The notes under the pieces: generated by a model
Seen by the model: the letters and a program-made list of their open reading frames with translations, nothing else
What the model was told of the DNA's origin: nothing
The model's database searches: none
Program-made: the position numbers and the translations under genes
Assembly: GCA_013265495.1 (NCBI GenBank)
Contig: MU057887.1
Location: 3,871,668 to 3,935,667 of the forward strand
From: Vicugna vicugna
Lineage: Eukaryota
DNA length: 64,000 nt
Reading direction: 5' to 3'
In this document: piece by piece, positions 1 to 12,571 of the stretch
How positions within the stretch are numbered: position 1 is the stretch's first letter
Layout of the letters: every line of letters starts with the position of its first letter

Positions 1-701
1 GCCGGCTGGACAGGACAGACGAGAGATCACTGGTGCTGGGCATCCAGAGCCCAGTGTGGGGCTGCATCCTGTCCAACCCACGCCCCCAACCACGGCACTG
101 CCCAGAGCACCCCCAAGACCGGATGCCCCAAACCAAGACGCACAAAAAAGAAGTTCCAAAAGCAAAAGCAGATAGCCACAAACACACCCCAGCACCCATC
201 CAGGAATAAAAACACACGGAGACAACAAGGTGTCACTTTTCACTGACCACGTGAAAGAGAATACGTGTCTAGAAGATCAAGCCGAACTTGGTGGGAAGAG
301 GGAGGAGACAGATGCCTCCAAGCTACCGGAGTGGAGCTCACAGACACCTGCTTGGGGCAAGAGCACAAGGAATTGCTTGCTCTTAGATCTGATGATTCAG
401 CTCCCGTCCACCTGTCTCAAGGAAGTACCAGAGGCGGCCCACAAACACCTGGCATGGCACGTCCCCGCCACACTGTTCTCAGCCCCGGGGCATGGGGCGC
501 AGTGAGGCAGTGTGAAGAGGGAAGGGTATGGCCGCGACTGCTGGCACTGAAAGAGGAAGGGTCTCAAATCAGTAGCCACACTGACATGTTAAGGAAGTAG
601 AACAAGAGCAGCTGGAGCGCAGAGCTGACGGAAGGAAAGGAAGGTCGCAGACCAGGAGCTGGTTCAAGTCTTTAGGAAAATAAAAGACTCAAATTACTAA
701 A

Positions 702-2397
702 TCAGTTGCATTTCTTTACACTAACGATAAATCAACAGAAAAAGAAAGTAAAGAAACAATCCCCTTTAAAATAGCACCCAAAGTAATAAAATATCTGGGA
801 ATAAACCTAACCAAGGAGGTGAAAGAATTATACACAGAAAACTATAAACCATTGATGAAGGAAATTAAAGAAGACTTTAAAAAATGGAAAGATATTCCAT
901 GCTCCTGGATTGGAAGAATCAATATTGTTAAAATGGTCACACTGCCCAAGGCAATCTACAGATTTAATGCAATCCCTATCCAATTACCCAGGACATATTT
1001 CACAGAACTAGAACAAATCATAATAAAATTTATATGGAACCATCAAAGACCTAGAATTGCCAAAGCATTACTGAAGAGAAAGAAAGAGGCTGGAGGAATA
1101 ACTCTCCCAGACTTCAGACAATACTATAGAGCTACAGTCATCAAGATAGCATGGTATTGGTACCAAAACAGACATATAGACCAATGGAACAGAACAGAGA
1201 ACCCAGAAACGAACCCACAAACCTTTGGTCAAATCATCTTCGACAAAGGAGGCAAGAATATACAATGGAATAAAGACAGTCTCTTCAGCAAATGGTGTTG
1301 GGAAAACTGGACAGCAGCATGTAAAACAATGAAGCTAGAACACACCCTTACACCATNNNNNNNNNNNNNNNNNNNNNNNNNNNNNNNNNNNNNNNNNNNN
1401 NNNNNNNNNNNNNNNNNNNNNNNNNNNNNNNNNNNNNNNNNNNNNNNNNNNNNNNNNNNNNNNNNNNNNNNNNNNNNNNNNNNNNNNNNNNNNNNNNNNN
1501 NNNNNNNNNNNNNNNNNNNNNNNNNNNNNNNNNNNNNNNNNNNNNNNNNNNNNNNNNNNNNNNNNNNNNNNNNNNNNNNNNNNNNNNNNNNNNNNNNNNN
1601 NNNNNNNNNNNNNNNNNNNNNNNNNNNNNNNNNNNNNNNNNNNNNNNNNNNNNNNNNNNNNNNNNNNNNNNNNNNNNNNNNNNNNNNNNNNNNNNNNNNN
1701 NNNNNNNNNNNNNNNNNNNNNNNNNNNNNNNNNNNNNNNNNNNNNNNNNNNNNNNNNNNNNNNNNNNNNNNNNNNNNNNNNNNNNNNNNNNNNNNNNNNN
1801 NNNNNNNNNNNNNNNNNNNNNNNNNNNNNNNNNNNNNNNNNNNNNNNNNNNNNNNNNNNNNNNNNNNNNNNNNNNNNNNNNNNNNNNNNNNNNNNNNNNN
1901 NNNNNNNNNNNNNNNNNNNNNNNNNNNNNNNNNNNNNNNNNNNNNNNNNNNNNNNNNNNNNNNNNNNNNNNNNNNNNNNNNNNNNNNNNNNNNNNNNNNN
2001 NNNNNNNNNNNNNNNNNNNNNNNNNNNNNNNNNNNNNNNNNNNNNNNNNNNNNNNNNNNNNNNNNNGTAAGCCAGAAAGAGAAAGAAAAATACCATATGA
2101 GATCGCTCATATGTGGAATCTAAAGACTCATGGACAGAGAATACAGACTTGTGGTTACCAGGGGGGTAGAGGGTGGGAAGGGATAGACTGGGATTTCAAA
2201 ATTGTAGAATAGATAAACAAGATTACACTGTATAGCACAGGGAAATATACACAAAATGTTATGATAAATCACAGAGAAAAAAATGTGACAATGAGTGTGT
2301 ATATGTCCATGAATGACTGAAAAATTGTGCTGAACAATGGAATTTGACACAACATTGTAAAATGATTATAAATCAATAAAAAATGTTAAAAAAAAAA
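702..2397 (+). mobile_element. Young 5'-truncated LINE-1 (3' part of ORF2, 3' UTR, AATAAA, poly-A tail)
   Basis: Open ORF2 frame 819-2123 ([18 protein letters not shown]...[14 protein letters not shown]...KYHMRSLICGI*), AATAAA near 2375 followed by an A-tail. Flanked by the direct repeat AAAAGACTCAAATTACTAAA at 682-701 and 2394-2413 (target-site duplication). Confidence 0.93.
1357..2066. other. Assembly gap (710 N) inside the young LINE-1
   Basis: Run of N. Confidence 1.
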
Positions 2398-2559
2398 GAC
2401 TCAAATTACTAAAGTCAGAAATGAAAGTGGGGACACTGCTACTGATTTTGCAGAAACAGAAAGGATTATAAGAGAACACGATGAATAATACACACCAGCA
2501 AATTAGATAACCTAGCTAGGACAGACAAAGCCAACTCAAGAAATAGAAAGTCTACACAA

Positions 2560-3024
2560 ACCAAAAACAAGCTTCCATTAGTCACCAAAGCCCCCCGTAG
2601 TGTGATTTCTGACGCTGCCAAGGCATCCATCTAAGGGACCACACAGCCCCCAGCAAAGCAAGAGAGAAGAAGCAAGGCCACTCAACCCGAGCCTCCTTTC
2701 CAGAACGCCCTGAGTGACCTGGACACCCGACCCCTTGAGTGACCCCACTTTTCCCTTCCCGTGCCTTAATTCCCACCCTTAAGTTTTAAATTCACCAATA
2801 AAGAGTGAGCCTGTGAAACCCGAGGTCCCCGCACTCGACCCCAATAACGTCGGAGTCCCGGTCTGTGTGTGCCCCATCCATGGCCTTGTCTGTGGCCCTG
2901 AGTGTGCCGTGTCTAACCCCCCAGGACCCATGCGCAGTACCCTTGTTCTTTAAAGGGCCTCATGGACGCTGGCTGAGGTGTCTCCTGCAACCCTAAGAAC
3001 CACGAGGGCCAATCCAAACACAAC
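2560..3024 (+). mobile_element. Possible ERV solo-LTR fragment nested in the old L1
   Basis: Abrupt non-L1, more GC-rich block with AATAAA (~2797), ending in ...acacaaca as LTRs do. Family not identified and 5' end uncertain. Confidence 0.4.
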
Positions 3025-4362
3025 AGGGCCTGGGGGTCTGTGGGACCGCCCCAATACCGCAGGCCCAGGGAGCGCCCGGGCCGTCTGGAGCCTCCAGCCC
3101 CGTGCCGCCAGGCTGGGACCAGCACAGCGCTGCCAGCAGGCTAAGGTGGCAAATGTTGATGTGCTGTGAATTTCACAATCTACAGAAAACAAAAACAACA
3201 ATAACCCGACAAAGAGAAGTCCAAGACCCAGTGGCCTCACTGGTAAATTCTACCAAACAATTCAAGCACTGACACCAAATATTCTTAAACTCTTCCAAAA
3301 ATTAAAGAGAAGGGTACACTCCCTAACTTTAAGAAGCCAATAGTGCACCAGTGGCAAAGCAAGACAAAGACATTACAAGGAAAAACCTGCAGGCCAATAT
3401 CCCTTATGAACACAGATGCAAAAAACCTCGATGCTAACAAAAAATACTAACAAACCAAATGCAGCAGCATGTGAAAGGATTGTATACAATGACCAAGTGG
3501 GTTTTATCTCAGGAATGCAAGGATAGTTCAACATATAAAAATCAATGTAATACATCACATTAATAGAATGGGGGGAACCATGATTATCTCAATTGATGCA
3601 AAAAAAAAAATCTGACAAAACTCAACAGCCTTTCATGATAAAAACACTCAATCAACTAGGAAAAAAAGGGAACTTCCTCAACAGGATAAAGGCCACGTAT
3701 GAAAAACCCACAGCTCACATCACACTCAGTGGTGAGACTGAAAGCTTTCCGCTTAGGATCAGGAACAAGGCAAGGATGCCTGCTCTCACCACTTCTGTTC
3801 AAAATAACACTGGAAGTCCTCGTCAGAGCAGTTAGGCAAGAAAAAGAAAATTTAAATGTATACAAATTGGAATACCCAAATTGGAAAGGAAGAAGTAAAA
3901 TTATCAATTTTCAGGTGACAATATTATATACAGAAAATGCTAGAGAATCCACAAAAAAGCCTCTTAGTTAATAAACAAATTCAGCAAAGTTCTAGGATAC
4001 AAAATCAACACACAAAAATCAGTTGTATTTCCATACAATTTCCATACTTGCAATGAACAATCCAAAAAAGTAAAATAAGAAAACAATTCCATTTACAACA
4101 GCAATCTAAGAATAAAATACTTAGAAATAAATTTAACCAAGGAGGCAAAAGTTTCACTTGTTACAGTGAAAACTAGAAGATATTGCTGAAAGAAATTAAA
4201 GAACTAAGTAAATGGGAAGATATCCCATGTTCATGGACTAGAATATCTAATACTGTTAGGATAATACACCAAAAATGATCTGTGGATTCCACGGATGAAT
4301 TTACCAAATTCATCCATCCTAAAATTCATATGGAATTGCAAAGGGCCCTGAATAACCACAAT

Positions 4363-4368
<6 letters not shown>

Positions 4369-4414
<46 letters not shown>
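4369..4414 (+). repeat. Poly(A)46 homopolymer within the old L1
   Basis: 46 consecutive A between ataatctt and gctggagaactcacacttcc. Confidence 0.95.
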
Positions 4415-4417
<3 letters not shown>

Positions 4418-6504
4418 GGAGAACTCACACTTCCCGAGTTCAAAATTTCTTACAAAGTTACAGTAATCAAAACAGTGTGGCATTCACATAAAGACAGACA
4501 TGAAGACCAATGGAACAGAGTCCAGAAATAAACTCATATACGGTCAGTTTCTTTTCAAGAAGGAAACCACGACCATTCAGTGGGGAAAGAACAGTCTTTC
4601 CAACAAACGGTGCTCAGTAAACGGAACAGCCACATGCAAAAGGATTAAGCTGGACCCTTCCTTTACACTCCATATACAAACATTAACTGAAAATAGATCA
4701 AACACCTAAACTTAAAAGCTAAAACTATGAAACTCTTAGAAGAAACAGAGGCAAACCTTCAAGGCCTTGGATTTGGCAATTTCATTAATATGACATCAAA
4801 AGCACAGGCAACAAAAGGAAAAAGATAAACTGGACTTCATCAAAATTTAAAATGTCTGTACATCAAAGGAAACTATCAAGTGAGGGGAAAGAACCTACAG
4901 AAAGGGAAAAAACACTTGCAAACATCTCACAAAGGATTAACATCTGGAATGTATAAAGAACTCCTGCAACTCAACAACCCAACTCAAAAATGAGGAAAGG
5001 ACTAGAACAGACATTTCTTTAAAAAAGATATACAAACAGAAAAATGATCAGCGTCATTTATGTCATGATGGAAATGCAAATCTACACTGCAATGAGATAC
5101 CACTTCACATCCATTGGGATAGCTATTATTTACCAAGGGGTGAGGGTGTGGATAACAAGTATTTACCAAGGGGTGAGGACGCAAAGAAACTGGGACCCTG
5201 GGACACTGCCGGAGGGAATGTAAAAGGGCGCAGACACTGTGGAAAAGAGTTTGTCCGTTCCTCAAAAAGTTACACATAGAATTATCATATGACCCAGTAA
5301 TTCCACTCCTAGGAATATACCCAAAGGAACTAAAAGCAGGGACTCAAACAGATTCTTGTGCACCAGTGTTCACCACAGCACTATTCACAACAGCCAGGAG
5401 TGTCCATCAATTGATGAATGGATAACAAAATGTGGTCTCTACATACAATATTATTCACCCTAAAAAAGGAAAGAAATTTTGACATGTGCTACATCTTGCA
5501 TGAAACGTGAGAACATTATGCTGAATGAAATAAGCCAGTCACTAAAGAATAAACTATATAGTTCTGTTTGTATGAGGAAAGTCGGAGACAAAAAGTGGGT
5601 GCTGGGTGCCATGGACTAGGGGAGGGGAAATGGGGCATTACTGTTTAATGAGGAGAGTTTCAGTCTGAGGTGATGAAAAATTTTGGAAGTAGACAGTGGG
5701 ATGGTTATACCACATTGTGAATTCATGCCACTGAATAGTACACTTAGAAGTGGTTAAGATGATAAATTTTAAGTTATGTTTATTTTACCACAATTTTAGG
5801 GGTGGGGGTAGTTGATTCCACTTCATAGAGTCAGGCCATTCACACTACAGAACACTATGAGGCCCTGAAAACGGTGCCCGGAACAGCGTCCCAGAGGGCA
5901 GTCCAGCCCAGCCCAGGACCAGCAAGGCCTCAGAAGTTTGCTAGATGTGCTTCTAGGGCACACCAAGTCTGAGAACAGCCACCAGGAAAGAGCAGGAAGA
6001 CACGAGACTGGACACTCAGGTGATGGCAGGCTGCAGAACAGCACGTATAAAAGGTGTCACTTTGCACACGTCTTCTTTTATTCAGTAAATGCCCAGCAAG
6101 AGGCAAAAGGCTGGATACAGTGCAGCAACTGCCCAGACGAGCCAGCCCTACCATGGCCAGGAGAGAGGCCCACAGAAGTGGGAAACATAGTGATGGTCAC
6201 CACACCTGCGCTCTGTCCCAGGATGGGCGTGGAAACGGGTACACTTCTCTTGTTCCATCGACGACAATAAACATCTTACTTTTGTTCAGTTTTTAAAAGG
6301 ATGTCAATGAATTAACACTTTTTAAAAGTGAAAGGAGAAAATTACCAGGACTCAGAGCCACCCTGCCCCTCAGGGGGTCTCGTCCAAGGCCACCCACTCA
6401 CTGCCCTGGGCCCCAGTCTCCCCTGTAAAGCGCTTGGACAGCGCCAGGCAGAGGGCGGCCATCAGCCCAGCATGGGGGCTGCCACCGCGTGAGTGCGTCC
6501 TTAC

Positions 6505-9500
6505 CTGGCACAGAGAAAACGTGGTGGACACAACCCCAATCAGGACGTTCAGGGCATCCTTCACCAGCTCGCGCTCCCTCACCAGGATGGGCTGCGGGGC
6601 CTGCAGGAGGCCCCCGCCCACCACCTGCAGCTCCCCATGGCGGAGCCTGCAGGACCTGTCGAAGGCGTCCCTGCCTGCCTCTGTGAGGTAGGGCTCCTCT
6701 CTGTGGCCGGGGGTGCTGAGGGAGACAAAGGGGGCAGTGAGTAGACAGAGCGACACACACCTTAGCTGTAGGAACTAAAGACAGGACAAAGAAGGGCTCA
6801 ACACAATAAAACACCTAAGAATACAGAGCAGGTGCCAACCCTAACCAACTGCCCTGCCTCTCCATCAGCGTCTGGCAGGCTCTGGCAGACAACTGTGCAG
6901 AAATGTGTCCAGAAGCAGCAGCAAACGTCCCCACCCGCCTGGTACCCATGGGGCACGTGGTGGTCCTCAAGCTGACAAGTCACTCAGTACCTTGATGCTG
7001 AAAACAAGCACAAAGTTTGCACACCCAGGCTCACAGCGGCACAGTCACAACAGCCAAAGCAGCCCAGGGTCCAGACCCAGATGATGGACAAAGAAGACGT
7101 GGTCCACCGCTACAAGGGAACTACTATCTAGCCTTAAAGAAGAAGGAAACTCTGACAGGTGTCAGATGTCACAGAGGAACCTTGAGGACATAACACAGCC
7201 CAGTCACCAGAGGACAACCACCACATGGTCCCACTCCTGTGGGGTCCCCAAAGGAGTCAGAATCAAAGACACAAAGTACAACGGTGGGTGCTGGGGCTGG
7301 GGAAGAGGGATGAGGAGTTAGTGTTTAATGGGGACAGAGTTTCAGTTTGAGAAGATGAGAAAGTTCTGGACACCGACCGATGGTGGTGGTGGTCACACAG
7401 CGTGAATGTCCTTACTGCCACGGAACTGTAACTTAAAAATGGTGAAGATGTTAAGCTTTACATTATGTGTATCTTAGCACCCTCCCCCTAAAAAGGAGGC
7501 ACACAGCAAAGATTCATGAATTCCTAGGAGAAACAGGCCCACTGGGTCTTGCGGAGGGTGGCTCTAGGCACACATCCGCCCCTGGGTCTTTGCCTCCGGA
7601 GGGTCCTGTGGGAAGTTCAGGAAGTGTCTACCTAGCTCAGTCACATTGTTCAAAAGAGGGCAAAGACACAGTATCACTTTTGAAATAGTCCTTTGAAAAC
7701 CAGCAACACCTACTAAAAGTAAGGAAGAACTCGGTTTTTTTTTAATCCACTGGAAAAAGTAATTTCTTAATAAAAGGAGCCCAGGATAAACTCAGAACTT
7801 GTTAAAAACAAAAATGCTTTTTAACTGACAACGCACCATACTGGGGCTCCCTCACTCACAAGGATCTGAGCGCGGGGCTGAGCAGCTGAGAGGACAGGCC
7901 CAGCCCTCACTGGGGTGGCAGGGGGAGGGTGCTGCAGACAGAAGCTCCAAGGAAGCACGGGGCTCCTAGAGGGACCGGCGATGCTGGTCAGGAAGGACCC
8001 GGGAGCATGGCCTAGCTGGCAGAACAGCACTCCTGGCAGGGGGAGCAGCCTGTGTGAAAGCCCAGAGACAGGAAAAGAAAGGGGCCAGGTGTGTGCGGCT
8101 CAGCAGGCATGTGGGGTGAGGTCAGGGGCGCTGGGCCTACAGTCCAGGCAGGGGTGGCCATGAAGCGGGGTCAGCAGAGCAGTGAGTGCCCTGATTTCCA
8201 TCCCTGGAAAGTGGCACTGGCCATGTGGAGGATGGGCCAGAGTGGGCAGGAGGAAGGGGAAGGCCAGTCCTGAGGTCCAGAGTCAGCAGGAGGGTGCAGC
8301 CTGCACTCCCGGGGCAAGAAGGGTGTAAGGAAAGGGAAACCCCCGCATCGGGGCCCTTCTGAACGGCGCTCCAGGGAAGAGCAGGTGAGCACACAGCTCC
8401 TGCCCACTCCTCCAGGGAGGGCCCCTGACTATTGTGGCAGCACGACCCCTCGGGCGACTCAGGGCTGAGGGAGGAGAGCCCGTGGAGGAAAACGCCGAAC
8501 TCGCACTCATCACAACTTGGCCCTTCCCCCGACGGAACCACCTCCTGCAGGGTGAGGATCGGGGGCAGACAGGTGCACAGAAAGAGCAGAGGACACCTGG
8601 CAGCAGGGGAGGCGGCCTTCAGACCAGTGCTGGCCCGCAGGGGGCGGCACCATGTAGGGTCCCCCAGGGCTCTCACAGCAAGGGCAGAGTTCACAGTCTG
8701 GGGCTGTCGGGGGATGGGGGGCCTTAACTGCCCGTTCCTCAGAGGTCCTGGCAGGAAACTAGCAGGCAGCTAGGATTCCAACTGTGACAAGTGCAAAAGA
8801 TTCTCCAAATGAACTCCAGTGAAAGGCCTCAGGGGCCAGGGGCCAGGAGCATCAGGTTATGACCAGACGGGCAGGAGGTGGAGGCAGCGAGCTTGGGGCG
8901 CGCCCAGCCGCAGGGGCCCAAGGTATCTCCTGCAGAGGTGGCAGCAGGGCACAGACACAGGCCCACGTGCAGCTGTGGTCCTCCCTACAGGAAGTGCCAC
9001 AGGGCAGTCCTCACTGCTGGGGTTCTGTGTCGGTTCCGCTCTCAGGGGACACGGAGATTAAGTATATTCAGAACAGGGGACTAGGATGCTGACTGACTGG
9101 GCAATCACGTCTCCTCCCTGGTGACCTGGAAAACCACGCCTGGAAAAGAGGGAGTTGATATATAAAACACCACTAGCAAATATTTACAAAAGGAAGTTCT
9201 AACTGCCTGTTACCCAGTGCTTAGACTCCAGAGGGTTAGCAGAGAACAGGGTGATAGAACTGCCCTGCACACAAGGCAGGATGAAGACCCAATGGGAAGC
9301 TACAGGGCGGAGAAGCCCTGAAGACAAGACAATCGCCCACACTGGCGGTGCTCAGGGAAGCAGGGAGCTGGCGGTGCCTGGAGGAATCCACGTGGGGGAA
9401 GGTAATCATGCCAGGAAGGCGACCCCATCAGGAGCGGGGCCCACACAACAGGTGCTGAACAGCTGTCTGCCCCAAGCATGTGCCACTCATCCTTAGGAGA

Positions 9501-11910
9501 CCCTGCAGGAGCCGCAGCTGCATCAGAGTTACTCAGCTCCCTGCGAGCCTCGATTCTTTCACTCAGTGCTCCCCACACTGGTGTCCCACAGAAATGCCAG
9601 CAGATGAGACATGACAAGAGGATCCCTTGACCAAACGTGTGTCCTCACTCCCCACTCTAGGAGGTTTTGAGACACCAGAATAACAGGTCCTGAGAGCAGA
9701 AGCCCTGGACCAGAAGAGCACCAATCAGGGAAGCACTGTGATGACCGGAACTTCTCATCACATCTCTTCTAAACGTGAAGAACAGGGACAGGAAGAAACT
9801 TCCTCATCAGCGCCCTGTGCCGGGCACTGACCACACTGCTGCCAGGCTGCCCTCAGACACCTCTGACTGGGAGCCCTCCTGGCAAGGATGTAACTCAGTT
9901 GCCAACTGACTGCTCTGACTGGAAAGTGTGATCTGCAGAAGTTACTGGCTCCATGGGGAACCTGTGCAGCCTAGAATCCTTTTCCATCTGCATTTCTATC
10001 AACTCTCAGCACACAGACAATTTGGGACACTAACTTGACTGGAACTTCTAAGTTCCTAATCCCAATCATCTGGGCCCTGAGTAAAGGTCACGGTTACCAG
10101 GGTAGGGGGTGGGGGGTGGGCACTGTATTTTAAGGCAAAGGCTCACGAACCATCCAACTTGCTCCCAGCACCTCCGCTTGCTGGCCTCGTAGGTGAGCAC
10201 AGCATCCCACAGGTCAACATCTGGGGTCATGCTCGGCTCAGACTGGGAATCAGGAGTCAGATTGGATGCTGACTGGAACCCTTCATCTTCCGATGGATCC
10301 ACACTCGGAGGGACCTGGAGACCGCAAGAAGCAGGAAACTTTACCTGTGACATGGTGTCTGGATTTCACCCCAGCGTGATGACAATTTCAGGGAACTCTT
10401 CCACACTTCCACTTACTCTACGAGAAAGGCCTAGCGGAAGGTTTCTTATATTTCTCCCAAGTAGGTAAATACTACACGGTGTTTTCGCCCCTAGTGAATC
10501 ATTCAAGGAACTAAGCCCATTAATCTATTAAGGTTACCAATTCCCATTTCACACAACAGAGGCTGATTGACGTTTCTGAGCCTCAATGTAACTTACAATG
10601 AAATTTCGTCCCAATCCAGAAGTTTCATTGTGGGGAACCCAGCACCAAAAAGTTACACAGACAGAAAAATTCACATAAGCCAGGATGTTTGCTACAGCAT
10701 TGTCTGTTTGGAAACAACTTCAAGACCTCACAGTAAGGCAATGACTGAGTGATGACGGTACATTCTTTCAGCAAAGCCTCAGAATGCAAAGGCACATGAC
10801 AATTTACTCAACATCGGAAAAACCCCACATGACCGGTGAAAGCAAGCATAGACGGACAACTGCATGTACAGTACGGACAAATGTCTGTTGCCACATATGG
10901 CTACTGAGCACTTGAAACTTGGCTTATGCGAGGATGAACTGGGCTTGCTGCATTTTAATTAACGTAAATGTAAACATCTACTCACTTGGGGGCAGAAGTG
11001 AGTGAACTGCACGTCCTGTCGGATACGAGATGAAAGCGGTACCCGGAGCGGGACCGGCGGTAAGGGACCGAGCCTGGCCCGGAGCCACCGAGTGGGCGGG
11101 ACCCGCGCGGTCCTCCTCCCACCATGGTCAAAGGAGCATCTGCAAAGCCTCGGAGCCACAGGCGGGAGGCCAACACCCTACCTTGATGGCCAGTCCCGCG
11201 AGGTCGGCGCTGTCCGGTACCGGGGGCAGGTCCAGCCGGACGTCCATGTCGTTTGTGCGGCTGTGCACGAGGGCTCCGAAGAGAGAGACGCGGGTGTCCC
11301 TCTCAAACCTGTCACCGCTAGGGTCGCCGTACGAGAAGAGTAGCCCGGTGCCCGGCGCCGCCTCCATCACCTGAAGCGTCCTCCGGATCAGGTCTTGACA
11401 CAGACTTTCCTCCCCGGAGATGAGAGCGCCCACGTCCGCCTCAAACGCGCGCAGGTCGCCGCAGTCGTAGCCGCCGTAGGTAACTCTCCTCCCGACCGGC
11501 CCGCGGGGAAGGAAGTAGTCCAGCCCGCGCCGTGGAGCTCGCGGGGGGCCGCTGCCCGACAGCTGCACCAGGAGGTCCAGAACCGAGCCCATCTCCGCCA
11601 GGGGCCGGCCGGGCGCCGCCTCCAGTCCCTCCACCAGCTCCTCCAGACGGTCGGCCTCGGCGCCCAGGCCGCCCACTCGCAAGTCAAAGGACAGCATGAG
11701 GATCTTGTTTTTCACCGGGAGTCTTGAGAAGTCAGGCTGCAGCCTGCGAGTCTCATCTTGAAAGAGGCTGGTGAACAGCGCGTTGTAGGCCACCCTCTTG
11801 AGGCTCTGCTTTGCCCTCTTCCGGCTCCCGCGGCGCTGGCCCAGGTGCACCTTCGCGGCCGGCAGCAGGGCCTCGCATAGGTCGTCCAACAGCTGCGGGA
11901 CGCTGGCCAT
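6505..11910 (-). CDS. TUBGCP6: Tubulin gamma complex component 6 (GCP6), coding exons 1-3; gene continues beyond the left edge of the window
   Basis: Exon 1 11182-11910 (729 nt, MASVPQLLDDLCEALLPAAK...DLAGLAIK, donor GTAGG), exon 2 10151-10314 (164 nt, VPPSVDPSEDEGFQSASNLTPDSQSEP...), exon 3 6505-6715 (211 nt, TPGHREEPYLTEAGRDAFD...TFSLCQ, donor GTAAG). Splice phases are consistent and the peptide is recognisable as the GCP6 N-terminus. Confidence 0.96.
7010..7480 (+). mobile_element. L1MB-like 3' end fragment in TUBGCP6 intron 2
   Basis: gtgtttaatggggacagagtttcagtttgagaagatgagaaagttctgg...aaaaatggtgaagatg; clearly similar to the 3' end at 5640-5795. Confidence 0.8.
10880..10990. mobile_element. 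MER3/MER33-like hAT-Charlie DNA transposon fragment
   Basis: gccacatatggctactgagcacttgaaacttggct resembles the MER3/MER33 core as I recall it. Confidence 0.5.
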
Positions 11911-12300
11911 GCCCCCTCTTCAAGCCGGGCCCTCGCCCCCGGCCCTGCACGCTTTCTCGGGGCCCTGGCAAGGGGATGGCCGGTTGAGGCGCCGCCCAGG
12001 ACGGAACGCGAGGCCGGGCCCGCGCGTCCGCCCGCAGACCAGGTCCCCTCACCCCGGAGAGAGCGCGAGGCCGAAATCCCGCCGCCGCCGCCGTCGCGTC
12101 ATCTACACGCGACGGGCCCAACGGCAGAGCCGGCGCCAAGGAATTGCGTCACGCGGGAGGCCAGCGGCCAAGGCGGAGGGGGCGGAGCCTGAGGCCGCGG
12201 TCCAAGGGCGCTTCCGGCCCGGAGCCCCGTTCAGGTTGGTGGGAAACTGAGGCGGGCGGCGGGCTCAATAAAGGAGGCGGAGTCAGATTTTCGCTGAGCT
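11000..12300 (-). promoter_or_regulatory. CpG island covering the TUBGCP6 promoter and exon 1
   Basis: Dense CpG; GC box GGGGCGGAG (~12179), CRE-like TGCGTCA (12144-12150), ETS-like CTTCCGG (12211-12217). Confidence 0.8.
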
Positions 12301-12571
12301 GACGTTTACTTATTGGGCTTGGAGGGAGCGAGGCAGGGGCTGTTCGGGAGAGGCGGGTCCCGGAGAGGGATTCCAGGCCGTTGCAGGGGGCATGGAGCCC
12401 CTGAGCCGGTGTCCTTGGCAGCCGGGTGGCCTGGCCCTCGGGACAGAAGCCTCAGGCAGAGGTGTGCTGGTGAACAGTTAACAACCGGCTCTTGGGGACC
12501 GGTCTGTAGTGACTTATCCAGCATGGAAATACGCCTTTCCTGGCGGATTTCAAGCTACCAGGTCACAGCAC

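Larger units (their letters stand above)
2398..5797 (+). mobile_element. Old degenerate LINE-1 (L1M/L1MB-like) ORF2 remnant plus 3' UTR; host of the young L1 and interrupted at about 2560-3170
   Basis: Frameshifted ORF2 peptides (KIQQPFMIKTL-like, [32 protein letters not shown]) and a typical L1MB 3' end (gagtttcagtctgaggtgatgaaaaattttggaa...gtacacttagaagtggttaagatgataaatttt). Confidence 0.88.

Noticed and set aside
1229..2110. Long minus-strand ORFs of 253-293 aa
   Set aside because: Artefacts of the 710-N gap.
4231..4491. Poly-Lys / poly-Phe ORFs
   Set aside because: Translations of the A46 tract within a dead L1.
5127..5178. 19-bp direct repeat tatttaccaaggggtgagg with a 14-nt spacer
   Set aside because: Only two copies inside a decayed L1; a local duplication, not a CRISPR-like array.
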